Assembly: GCA_032718475.1 (NCBI GenBank)
Contig: JAUCBJ010008551.1
Span: 7,002 to 71,001 of the forward strand
Source of the DNA: Nemertoderma westbladi
Taxonomy: Eukaryota; Animalia; Xenacoelomorpha
Direction of reading: 5' to 3'
Length of the DNA: 64,000 bases
The notes under the pieces are model-generated. The model did no database searches. It saw only the letters and a program-made list of their open reading frames with translations, and was not told the DNA's origin. The position numbers were made by a program, and so were the translations under genes. Shown here one piece after another: positions 35,266 through 48,600 of the stretch (position 1 is its first letter; every line of letters begins with the position of its first letter).

Positions 35266-38200
35266 GAAGACGCGCATTGTATGAAGAAAAGGCGCGAGTG
35301 GAAGAAGAGAGCGCAGCGAGACGAGCGAGGGAAGAAGAAGAGCGTAAACTGGCGCAGTTGGAAAGTGCGAGATTAAGTTTAGAGAGCGAAGAACGGACTA
35401 GGAAGGCGAACGAAATCGCCGAGAAGGGGATGCGAATGCTCGAAGAATGTGGGGCGAGTGTGGGGACAGAGTTGCGAGAACTGTTCGCACTGCAGAAGGC
35501 CGAACAGGAAGCGAGAACTCCGACTATACGCGAGTCAACGGCGACCAGAATTCCTATACCCGGTCCAGCTATTACGAGTACACGGATCGTTAAACCGTTC
35601 TCTACATATCGCACGCCAGTTGGTATTAGTGCTTCACCCATCGCCCAGGATCTACGTCATCGGAACGCCGCACCACTGTATACCGAACGTGACAACGGAT
35701 AATTTAGAGAAGAAACTCCGACGGGCCGAGTATTGGGCGAACCGAACCCGCGGGTTTGGAATACGCGGACGGAGCGCCGACCCAGTTCGACGGAGAACTT
35801 CCGGGTTAAACCGGAAGAGGGATCATATGAGAGACAGCGGATTACTCAGATAGAGCCGACTATACAACAGAACCCTAGCCAGGAATTTATTACGAGGGAT
35901 GAGTTAAGTGCTAGTTTAGCGCAAGCTATATCGCTGCACATCCAACCTATAACGGACATGCTTAGCAACCTACGGTTAAAGGAAGCAGCCCAGGTAAGAA
36001 GTAATTCTAATCCTAGCAGGCCTGAGTTAGATAAAGTCCAGCCTAGTCAACGAGTACGCATATCGGAGGAGACTATACCACATAGACCTCAGGTAAGGAC
36101 GCCTGTCCCGAATATCCATAATCCCAATTTCGAAAATTCGGCGGAAAAATTTATTGAGGACGCTTGGGTCAGGGCCTCGGCGCGCAAACCATCGCGAGCG
36201 CTAAGGACTGACACCGAGTCAAGCGATGAAGAGGAAGACATGAGACGTCAGAAGTCCCGAAACTATAAGGAAAGAAGGACCGACGCGGAGCAGGTAAGTT
36301 GGAACCACCGGGAAAGGACCAGACTTAACAACCCTGAGGAACTAAACCATTTGTTAACCCGGAACGACGCAACCCTTAGGGACATAGGTAAGTTTGCTGC
36401 TAGGCAAGGACTGCCGACGCAACAACCCCAGAAGTTTATGGGTAACCATAAACATTGGAGGACCTTCAAAACCTATGTCGACGAGCAGCTAACCAACAGC
36501 ACCTTTACTCCCAACGAGAAGTTCAACTATTTGCTTCAGATGCTCCATCGAGAACCTAGAGCCATTGCTGATAACTTCGTCGGCAATGAAAGAGCATTTG
36601 AGTTAGCGATGAAGACGCTTAGTGACATCTACGGGAATAAAACCAAGATGGCGCAGTCGATAGTGGAAGACTTGGGTAAGGGCGGAAGGATTACAACTCC
36701 GTTAGAGCTGTTGAACTTAGCGAACGCTATTTCGAACACATTGGACATCTTGAGGACGGTGAATCTACCTCATCATGGTGATCACGCCGAAGTTTTGAAG
36801 AGCGTAATAAGACGTCTAAACATGCGTTACCGACAGAAATGGCGCAAATTAGAGAATAAGTTGGAGGGCCAAGGTAAAGTATTGACACTTCAGCATATTC
36901 ATGACATGATAGCCACAGACGCAGTAGCAGAGATGAAATCAAACTTCTCAGAAGAGAATATGAGGGAGTCTAAACCTGTTACCGGTAAGTCTATGGTAAG
37001 TTTTGACGATGACAGGACCACTGTGACATTTAACTCAGTAGACAGATATAATTCGAGTACCCCAGCCTTTAGATCAGACTCGCGAGTATGGTCAGGTGAG
37101 CGGTTAGATAGACCTAGGTTAAAGCAACAGGAGTTGCCGGATGGATTTGTAGGTTGCCAATACTGTTTACTAAAGGAGGTAAGATCTGACGACCATAAGT
37201 TGGATAGTTGCAGACGGTTCAAAGAATTAAATTCGGAACAGAGAAGAATTCAAGTGCGGACGTTGGACACCTGTTGGGCATGTCTTGCGCCAGGTCATGT
37301 ACGGCGGCAGTGCCCGAACAGCAAGGACGGATGCATGGAATGCGGCAGACTACATCACAAGTTGCTACATGCGGATTTCCATACCCCAACGGACCGTTAC
37401 TTACAGCGAAATCCTCAAAGGAAGGGGAGCAAAGAACCCGTATCGATAAGGAGGAATACGTATATCGGCATTCAGGACGATGGTTACCAACCAGGTTCGT
37501 CGGACGAGGATGGCGAGTCGAGCGCGAGAGAAGTGACCTGCCAAGGTTTCACCGCGGATAGTTCATCGACCAGCGCGCGGACGTATTTATCATCGGCCAC
37601 GTCGGAAATATTTAGCGTGATTCCGGTGAAACTTACTGGCGATAAGGGATCAAAGCGAATATATGTGATGTTGGACACTGCGTCCACATTATCGTATATC
37701 GACGAGGAAGTGGCGAGAGCTATTTCTAGCTTCCAGGACGCCGAGGAAATCCAAATAGAGTTGAAGTCTATGCATGGGGTAGGAGACCTCAAGGGACACA
37801 GAATTTCGGTAGAACTTGATTCCCTACTTCCGAGAGACCAGCATACTCGACAAGAACGGAAAGATTTGCCATTGGACGGATTTAAGTGTCTAGCTATGAA
37901 GGGATTCGGCAGGCAGTTAGGTAAGGTGCCGCCGATGAGTCCCATAGCACAGGAGTATTTTGACAAGCTCAGGATACCCAGACACCAGGTAGGTTATAGG
38001 AATGTTTCTATGTTAATTGGTGCAGAACAGCTGATCGCACACCAGATATGATCCGCATGTTAATGGACCACATGCCCATAGGACCATACTAGGTTGGTAT
38101 ACAAGAGTACCTATGTCTTATGAGTTTACAGGTGGCGACAAGCCAATGAACAGATACGATGAATTACAGCCTATAATTCAACCACCGTTAGTAGAACCAC

Positions 38201-40378
38201 CAGACATAGACGAGTTTAGGAGAACCTGCATTGACCACTATAGTGACTTTAACGAGTCGGACGAGGAGTTGATTCCCGATAATGTTAGGTTGTCGGAACC
38301 ACTTCACAACGACCGGACAGATAGTGAACCCGAGGACTACTGTTATCAGACCCGTGGGTCTGGTTCAGCGGCCCACGCTACTTATCTGACTAACGTTTTG
38401 ACTTATACAGACATAGTGGAGGGTCAAGTGGCTAAATATCGAGACCTAGACATTTTCCAATACAGTGAGGAGGAATTACAGAAGGAATTGATACGCCAGG
38501 ACCTCGAGACAGGAGCCAGAACTGTCGAATGGCTGGATAGGGACGCAATGGAACCCGGTGGATATGACCTAGCCATGTCTACTGATGAGAAACGGTCGCT
38601 GGAGATGATGGAAGACACCATACGTCTGCTACCGACTGGACATTTTGAAGTTGGAATGTTGTGGCGTCGACAACCACCTAAGTTGGAGAACAACTACAGC
38701 TTAGCCTTGAAAAGATTAAACGGAGTAAGGGCTCGGTTGTTGAAGAATCCGGACATTAGGGAGAAGTATTGCGCCCAGATCAACAACTATTTCGCCAAGG
38801 GATTTGCTGGGAAGGTAGAGGACCCTGACTTAGTGACAGACCAGACTTATTACCTTCCACACCACTATGTGACTCACCCTGACAAGCCAGACAAAGTCCG
38901 AGTAGTCAACGACTGCGCAGCAGTCTATAGAGGTATGTCCCTGAATTCAGAGTTGATGGATGGTCCCAACCTGAATAACTATTTGATTGGAATACTGTTG
39001 CGTTTTAGACAGCGGCGATTCGCATTTACTTGTGACATCGAGGCGATGTTCCACCAGGTAAGAGCCTGTAAGGCAGACCAGGATAGCCTTCGCTTTCTCT
39101 GGTATGAGAATGAAGACTTATCCGGCCCAGTGGTTACATATCAAATGTACGTTAGGATATTTGGCGCCCGCGATAGTCCGAATGGCACGCTGTTCGTTCT
39201 AAAGAAAACGGCAACAGCCCAGATTGGTAAGTATCCAGTAGAAGTAATCGAGTCCATCTTGAGAAACTTCTATATGGACGACGGATTGGTGTCCAAGGAC
39301 ACGGCGGAACAAGCCATAGAAGTGGCTCACGGCCTGCAAGAGTGCTTGGCTACAGGGGGTTTTCCTCTGACCAAGTTCACTACGAATTCGGAGGCCCTAT
39401 TAGAATCGTTCCCGGTGAAAGATCGCGGGAGCGGAGACATAGAATTGGGGGTAGAACCAATTCCCATGGCGCGAGTACTGGGACTCGCTTGGAACCCGAA
39501 CTCAGACAAGTTCCAGGTAAGAGTTAGATTTGAGCCCAGTAGCCCAGACAAGGTTTTGACTAAGAGGATTTGCTTATCGACATTGAGTAGACTATTTGAC
39601 CCGATGAACTTTATCAGTCCGGTTATATTACAGGCACGAGCGTGCATGAGGAAAATTTGGTTGTCCGACGTAGAGTGGGACGAACCAATATCTCCTATAC
39701 ATGCAAAGCAGTGGAGGGAGTGGGAAGCCGAGTTGCATCTATTGAAAAACATAGATGTACCCCGTTCCTACTTTCCGAATCAGCTGGTATTCCCAGCTGA
39801 TTTAGAACTGCATTTATTCAGTGACGCAAGTGACACCGGCTTTGGTATGGTAGCCTACCTTCGCCGAGAGGTAAGTCAGGACAAATTTGAGACGGCCTTT
39901 GTGACTTCTAGATCAAAGACAATGCCGGTCAAATATATGACTGTCCCTCGTGCAGAGTTACAGGCGGCTGTAGTTTCGGTCGAGGTAAGTAAGCAAATAA
40001 CTGAGGAGTTAGACACGACATTGACCTTATTCTATTGGACGGACGCATCCTTGGTGTTAGTATACATTGCGGCCGACAATATTGCACTAAAGACATTTGT
40101 GGCCAATAGACGCGCTCAGATCGTTGATTTTTCGACGAAGGAACAATGGAGACATTGTCCGGGAGTGTTGAACCCGGCCGACATAACTTCGAGAGGTGCA
40201 ATGCCGGCGGAATTCTGTCGGGAAGAGTCGCAGGAGTTTTGGTTGCATGGACCTGATTTTCTAACGAGGACACAGGAACATTGGCCAGAGCGACTAAAGA
40301 TAGTGACCAATCCGATGCCTGAAGATGCAGAAGTCAAAGTGGAGAAAGTCTCTAAGTCGAAGTCTAAAGCCAAACTTA

Positions 40379-40439
40379 AGTCATTGGAGCGGCCTGAAGA
40401 GTCATTGGAGCGGCCTGAAGAGTCATTGGAGCGGCCTGG
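40379..40439 (+). repeat. 21-bp x3 coding repeat (SLERPEE)
   Basis: agtcattggagcggcctg(aag) occurs three times. Confidence 0.9.
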
Positions 40440-42392
40440 AGACCTGTCAGATCAACAGACTTACGTGACTACTAGGTCAGGAAGGGTAAGTTATGACATA
40501 AAACCACCCTTACAGACTAGACGACAGTCACAATTGGTAAGTGACGGACAGAAAATGACCGACACAATGGATCCTTTGGTTTCCAAACCTGCGGGTTTGG
40601 ATTCGAAACTTCCATTGGATAGCGGACAACCGTCGCTGGCATTAGAGTCATGCAGTGTTTATGACAAATTACTAAATTCGTCTGCCTCTTGGCTGACAAT
40701 TTGTAAAAGAACTGCGTGGTTAAGCCGATACATTTCGTACCTTTGTTTAAAACATTCGAAACATTTGAGAGAACCATTGAGCACCAATAGTGAGCGAATT
40801 CGGAAATTGAAACAACCTCTGACAGAGGATGAGATTGATCAAGCGGAATTAAAGCATTTGAAGCATTATCAAATGTGTGCCTTCCCTAAAGAATTCCATC
40901 TATTATCGGCTCAACGACCAGTTCTCTATAAACCCCTTAGAAAATGGAGTCCATTAATCCATAAGGGTTTAATTTGTCATAGATCGAGAATCCAGACTGT
41001 CGACATAAACTCACAGTTTCGGTTCCCAGTGATAATCCCTAGTCACCCAATGGAATTGCAAAGAGCGATTCTATGGGATATACATAAGAGGTTGCATCAC
41101 GCGGGAAAGTTACACTGTCTGTCGGCAGCGAGACAGCGATTCATTCTATTGCAGCCAAGCAGGGCAGTAGGCACTATGTACGACGCCTGTCTGGTTTGCA
41201 AGAGAGTGAACGCCAGAGTATTGGAACAGGAGATGGCTGAACTCCCGGAAGCGAGAGTGCAGGCATATGACCCACCCTTTACGAATACAGGGGTGGACTG
41301 TTTTGGTCCGATTGAAGCAAAGAGTGGACGGCTGACCCACAAGCGATGGGGTCTGCTACTGACATGTATGGCGAGTAGAGCCATACACATCGAGCGTGTG
41401 GCAGACATGTCGACTAAATCTCTGCTCCTGGCCTTAAAGAGATTTATGGCCAGGAGAGGACTAGTAAAGGCGTTCTACTCTGACAAGGGTACAAACTTTG
41501 TCGGAGGGAATAGCGAGTTGAACGCGGCTCATAAAGCAGCACAGAATAAGGAAATTTCTGCAGCACTTTTGCCGCAACGAGTAGAATGGAGATTCAATAC
41601 TCCAGAAAGTCCTTGGAGAGGAGGAAGTTGGGAGCGTTTGGTTCGCTCTGTGAAGCAGGCCATTGCCAAAACATTGCCTGTGAACAAACAACTTACCGAC
41701 GACGAACTGGTCACAGCTTTTATTGAAATCGAGCATACCCTAAACTCGAGGCCGATAGCTATGTTGCCAGACGGTGTTGCATTAACGCCGAATCATCCGG
41801 AGGCCGGTTAATAGATTCAATATAATATACACAATGTTCTGGAACATTTAGTTTAAGTATGTGTAGCTACACAATATATATATTGGATAGGCATATGTAG
41901 GTATGTCTCTCACGAGATAAATAATGCGTTCTAGAAGGCGAACGATAATTCGTTTTAGAAGGCGAACGATAATTCGTGTAATCTTTGAATGCCTATATCA
42001 CAGCATGATAAAGATTTGTATAGAAAAACTCAGTGGGTTCGTGTCAGAAGACAATGGAACTATTGGGTCATGGTGTTTACAGGTTCGTAGTTAATTATTA
42101 TTTGTATTTAGCATAGTAAATGAATATATATATCATATAAAATGTATAATAATTATTGTGCATTACAATCTGAAAAATGAAATATACTCAAATCGTATAA
42201 GGAGAAAACATTAGATAATTATAAATAAGGGGGGGAGGGGGGGTCACTTGTAAAGAAAACGTGTCACTCACCGAAACCTGCTCAATTCCCTTAATTTATA
42301 ATTAACATTGAGACGAGATATTAATTCGATATGGAATTTGCGTCTACGCCCCCCCCCCCCCCCCCCCCAACCCCGGTCTCTAACTTACATAC

Positions 42393-42662
42393 CTGGGCCG
42401 GGGACCACCGTAGGAATCCCGCCATAGAGCGAACGATCCACGGCGATTCGGCCGCGAAGTGTCCGGGCGGAGTCAACCAGGGCAGTCCGGATTCCGAACT
42501 GCCCGGAATCGATTCCATCAGACGACAATTCAAATCGGTCCAGAATCCTCCGACGCCCTCGTAACTACCGAAACAGGCGACTAGCTCGGAGGCCAGGGTC
42601 GCACTCGGGACTCCGCTGTTGTAAAATCCAGCCATCGTCCCTCCGAAGTGGGACACGTCAAC
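42393..42662 (-). CDS. Internal exon (270 nt, phase 0-0) of the CCCH zinc-finger gene
   Basis: Acceptor ctgttacag| and donor CAG|GTATGT. It is a GC-rich open frame of exactly 90 codons (VDVSHFGG...WSPAQ), and the other two frames contain stops. Confidence 0.7.
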
Positions 42663-45600
42663 CTGTAACAGATACGGGACAATATGGTACAAAGTTGGAC
42701 ACGTCAACCTGTAACAGATACGGGACAATAAGGTACAAAGTGGGACACGTCAATCTGTAACAGATACGGGACAATAAGGTACAAAGTGGGACACGTTCAT
42801 CTGTACCAGATACGGGACAATAAGGTACAAAGTGGGACACGTTCATATGTACCAGATACGGGACAATAAGGTACAAAGTGGGAAACGTCAACCTGTAACA
42901 GATACGGGACAATAAGGTACAAAGTGGGACACGTTCACCTGTAACAGATACGGGACAATAAGGTAAAAAGTGGGACACGTCAACCTGTAACAGATACGGG
43001 ACAATAAGGTACAAAGTGGGACACGTCAACCTGTAACAGATACGGGATAATAAGGTACAAAGTGGGACACATTCATCTGTACCAGATACGGGACAATAAG
43101 GTACAAAGTGGGACACGTCAACCTGTAACAGATACGGGACAATAAGGTACAAAGTGGGACACGTTCATCTGTACCAGATACGGGACAACACGATACAAAG
43201 TGGAACACGTTCATCTGTAACAGATACGGGACAATAAGGTACAAAGTGGGACATGTTCACCTGTACCAGATACGGGACAATAAGGTACAAAGTGGGACAC
43301 GTCAACCTGTAACAGATACGGGACAATAAGGTACAAAGTGGGACACGTCAACCTGTAACAGATACGGGACAATAAGGTACAAAGTGGGACACGTCAACCT
43401 GTAACAGATACGGGACAATAACGTACAAAGTGGGACACGTCAACCTGTAACAGATACGGGACAATAAGGTACAAAGTGGGACACGTCAACCTGTAACAGA
43501 TACGGGACAATAAGGTACAAAGTGGGACATGTTCATCTGTACCAGATACGGGACAATTCGATACAAAGTGGAACACGTTCATCTGTAATAGATACGGGAC
43601 AATAAGGTACAAAGTGGGACACGTTCATCTGTACCAGATACGGGACAATAAGGTACAAAGTGGGACACGTTCATCTGTAACAAATACGGGACAATAAGGT
43701 ACAAAGTGGGACACGTTCACCTGTACCAGATACGGGACAATAAGGTACAAAGTGGGACACGTCAACCTGCAACAGATACGGGACAATAAGGTACAAAGTG
43801 GGACACGTTCATCTGTACCAGATACGGGACAATAAGGTACAAAGTGGGACACGTCAACCTGTAACAGATACGGGACAATAAGGTACAAAGTGGGACACGT
43901 TCATCTGTACCAGATACGGGACAATAAGGTACAAAGTGGGACACGTCAACCTGTAACAGATACGGGACAATAAGGTACAAAGTGGGACACGTTCATCTGT
44001 ACCAGATACGGGACAATAAGGTACAAAGTGGGACACGTCAACCTGTAACAGATACTGGACAATAAGGTACAAAGTGGGACACGTTCACCTGTGACAGATA
44101 CGGGACAATAAGGTACAAAGTGGGACACGTTCATATGTACCAGATACGGGACAATAAGGTACAAAGTGGGACACGTCAACCTGTAACAGATACGGGGCAA
44201 TAAGGTACAAAGTGGGACACGTTCATCTGTACCAGATACGGGACAATAAGGTACAAAGTGGGACACGTCAACCTGTAACAGATACGGGACAATGAGGTAC
44301 AAAGTGGGACACGTTCATATGTACCAGATACGGGACAATAAGGTACAAAGTGGGACACGTTCACCTGTAACAGATACGGGGCAATAAGGTACAAAGTGGG
44401 ACACGTTCATCTGTACCAGATACGGGACAATAAGGTACAAAGTGGGACACGTCAACCTGTAACAGATACGGGACAATAAGGTACAAAGTGGGACACGTCA
44501 ACCTGTAACAGATACGGGACAATAAGGTACAAAGTGGGACACGTTCACCTGTAACAGATACGGGACAATAAGGTACAAAGTGGGACACGTTCACCTGTAA
44601 CAGATACGGGACAATAAGGTACAAAGTGGGACACGTTCATCTGTACCAGATACGGGACAATAAGGTACAAAGTGGGACACGTTCACCTGTAACAAATACG
44701 GGACAATAAGGTACAAAGTGGGACACGTTCATATGTACCAGATACGGGACAATAAGGCACAAAGTGGGACACCTCAACCTGTAACAGATACGGGACAATA
44801 AGGTACAAAGTGGGACACGTTCATATGTACCAGATACGGGACAATAAGGCACAAAGTGGGACACGTCAACCTGTAACAGATACGGGACAATAAGGTACAA
44901 AGTGGGACACGTTCATATGTACCAGATACGGGACAATAAGGCACAAAGTGGGACACGTCAACCTGTAACAGATACGGGACAATAAGGTACAAAGTGGGAC
45001 ACGTACATATGTACCAGATACGGGACAATAAGGCACAAAGTGGGACACGTCAACCTGTAACAGATACGGGACAATAAGGTACAAAGTGGGACACGTTCAC
45101 CTGTAACAGATACGGGACAATAAGGTACAAAGTGGGACACGTCAACCTGTAACAGATACGGGACAATAAGGTACAAAGTGGGACACGTCAACCTGTAACA
45201 GATACGGGACAATAAGGTACAAAGTGGGACACGTTCATATGTACCAGATACGGGACAATAAGGCACAAAGTGGGACACGTCAACCTGTAACAGATACGGG
45301 ACAATAAGGTACAAAGTGGGACACGTTCATCTGTAACAGATACGGGACAATAACGTACAAAGTGGGACACGTCAACCTGTAACAGATACGGGACAATAAG
45401 GTACAAAGTGGGACACGTCAACCTGTAACAGATACGGGACAATAAGGTACAAAGTGGGACACGTTCATATGTACCAGATACGGGACAATAAGGTACAAAG
45501 TGGGACACGTCAACTTGTAACAGATACGGGACAATAAGGTACAAAGTGGGACACGTTCATATGTACCAGATACGGGACAATAAGGCACAAAGTGGGACAC

Positions 45601-48600
45601 GTCAACCTGTAACAGATACGGGACAATAAGGTACAAAGTGGGACACGTTCACCTGTAACAGATACGGGACAATAAGGTACAAAGTGGGACACGTTCATCT
45701 GTACCAGATACGGGACAATAAGGTACAAAGTGGGACACGTCAACCTGTAACAGATACGGGACAATAAGGTACAAAGTGGGACACGTCAACCTCTAACATA
45801 TACGGGACAATAAGGTACAAAGTGGGACACGTCAACCTGTAACAGATACGGGACAATAAGGTACAAAGTGGGACACGTCAACCTGTAACAGATACGGGAC
45901 AATAAGGTACAAAGTGGGACACGTTCATCTGTACCAGATACGGGACAATAAGGCACAAAGTGGGACACGTCAACCTGTAACAGATACGTGACAATAAGGT
46001 ACAAAGTGGGACACGTCAACCTGCACAACAGATACGGGACAATAAGGTACCAAGTGGGACACGTTCATCTGTACCAAATACGGGACAATAAGGTACAAAG
46101 TGGGACACGTTCACCTGTAACAGATACGGGGCAATAAGGTACAAAGTGGGACACGTTCATCTGTAACAGATACGGGACAATAAGGTACAAAGTGGGACAC
46201 GTTCACCTGTAACAGATACGGGGCAATAAGGTACAAAGTGGGACACGTTCACCTGTAACAGATACGGGACAATAAGGTACAAAGTGGGACACGTCAAACC
46301 TGTAGCAGATACGGGACAATAAGGTACAAAGTGGGACACGTTCAACTGTAACAGATACGGGACAATAAGGTATAAAGTGGGACACGTCAACCTGTAACAG
46401 ATACGGGACAATAAGGTACAAAGTGGCACACGTCAACCTGTACCAGATACGGGACAATAAGGTACAGAGTGGGACACGTTCATCTGTACCAGATACAGGA
46501 CAATAAGGTACCAAGTGGGACACGTTCACCTGTAACAGATACGGGACAATAAGGTACAAAGTGGGGCACGTCAACCTGTTACAGATACGGGACAATAAGG
46601 TACAAAGTGGGAGATGTTCATCTGTAACAGATACGGGACAATAAGGTAAAAAGTGGGACACGTTCATCTGTACCAGATACGGGACAATAAGGTACAAAGT
46701 GGGACACGTTCATGTGTACCAGATACGGGACAATAAGGTACAAAGTGGGACACGTCAACCTGTAACAGATACGGGACAATAAGGTACAAAGTGGGACACG
46801 TTCATCTGTACCAGATACGGGACAATAAGGTACAAAGTGGAAAACGTTCATCTGTACCAGATACGGGACAATAAGGTACAAATTGGGACACGTCAACCTG
46901 TAACAGATACGGGACAATAAGGTACAAAGTGGGACACGTTCATCTGTACCAGATACGGGACAATAAGGTACAAAGTGGGACACGTCAACCTGTAACAGAT
47001 ACGGGACAATGAGGTACAAAGTGGGACACGTTCATATGTACCAGATACGGGACAATAAGGTACAAAGTGGGACACGTTCACCTGTAACAGATACGGGGCA
47101 ATAAGGTACAAAGTGGGACACGTTCATCTGTACCAGATACGGGACAATAAGGTACAAAGTGGGACACGTCAACCTGTAACAGCTACGGGACAATAAGGTA
47201 CAAAGTGGGACACGTCAACCTGTAACAGATACGGGACAATAAGGTACAAAGTGGGACACGTTCACCTGTAACAGATACGGGACATTAAGGTACAAAGTGG
47301 GACACGTCAACCTGTAACAGATACGGGACAATAAGGTACAAAGTGGGACACGTTCATCTGTACCAGATACGGGACAATAAGGTACAAAGTGGGACACGTT
47401 CACCTGTAACAGATACGGGACAATAAGGTACAAAGTGGGACACGTTCATATGTACCAGATACGGGACAATAAGGCACAAAGTGGGACACGTCAACCTGTA
47501 ACAGATACGTGACAATAAGGTACAAAGTGGGACATATTCAACTGTAACAGATACGTGACAATAAGGTACAAAGTGGGACACGTTCACCTGTAACAGATAC
47601 GGGACAATAAGGTACAAAGTGGGACACGTTCACCTGTAACAGATACGGGATAATAAGGTACAAAGTGGGACACGTTCATCTGTACCAGATACGGGACAAT
47701 AAGGTACAAAGTGGGACACGTCAACCTGTAACAGATACGGGACAATAAGGTACAAAGTGGGACACGTCAACCTGTAACAGATACGGGACAATAAGGTACA
47801 AAGTGGGACACGTTCATATGTACCAGATACGGGACAATAAGGTACAAAGTGGGACACGTCAACCTGTAACAGATACGGGACAATAAGGTACAAAGTGGGA
47901 CACGTTCACCTGTAACAGATACGGGACAATAAGGTACAAAGTGGGACACGTTCATCTGTACCAGATACGGGACAATAAGGTACAAAGTGGGACACGTCAA
48001 CCTGTAACAGATACGGGACAATAAGGTACAAAGTGGGACACGTCAACCTGTAACAGATACGGGACAATAAGGTACAAAGTGGGACACGTTCATATGTACC
48101 AGATACGGGACAATAAGGTACAAAGTGGGACACGTCAACATGTAACAGATACGGGACAATAAGGTACAAAGTGGGACACGTTCATCTGTACCAGATACGG
48201 GACAATAAGGTACAAAGTGGGACACGTCAACCTGTAACAGATACGGGACAATAAGGTACAAAGTGGGACACGTCAACCTGTAACAGATACGGGACAATAA
48301 GGTACAAAGTGGGACACGTTCATATGTACCAGATACGGGACAATAAGGTACAAAGTGGGACACGTCAACCTGTAACAGATACGGGACAATAAGGTACAAA
48401 GTGGGACACGTTCACCTGTAACAGATACGGGACAATAAGGTACAAAGTGGGACACGTTCATCTGTACCAGATACGGGACAATAAGGTACAAAGTGGGACA
48501 CGTCAACCTGTAACAGATACGGGACAATAAGGTACAAAGTGGGACACGTCAACCTGTAACAGATACGGGACAATAAGGTACAAAGTGGGACACGTTCATA

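Larger units (their letters stand above)
30372..41811 (+). mobile_element. Second BEL/Pao element, 3'-truncated (putative 5' LTR about 30372-30988)
   Basis: A TGTTAC...GTTACA-bounded segment with a TATA-like tataaa near 30900 precedes a long leader and gag-pol. No 3' LTR is present, so the LTR limits are inferred. Confidence 0.7.
33807..41811 (+). pseudogene. BEL/Pao gag-pol polyprotein, nearly intact (in-frame stop at 35700, frameshift near 38047, truncated in integrase)
   Basis: KFMGNHKHWRTF, three zinc knuckles, MLDTAS protease, GPHAHRTILGW, FYMDD, FSDAS, VPRAELQAA, GVDCFGP, YSDKGTNF and GGSWERLV. Ends abruptly at LTPNH. Confidence 0.95.

Noticed and set aside
34789-35641. Several antisense and alternative-frame ORFs
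   Set aside because: They are shadows of the low-complexity gag coiled-coil repeats.
35700-38112. Programmed readthrough or frameshift in BEL gag-pol
   Set aside because: BEL elements usually have one ORF, no slippery heptamer is evident, and the copy is truncated. Simple decay is more likely.
42273-42344. Next minus-strand exon of the CCCH gene (strong CG|GTGAGT donor)
   Set aside because: The available acceptor gives a <50-nt G-rich intron and a phase mismatch or stop, so it cannot be supported without RNA data.
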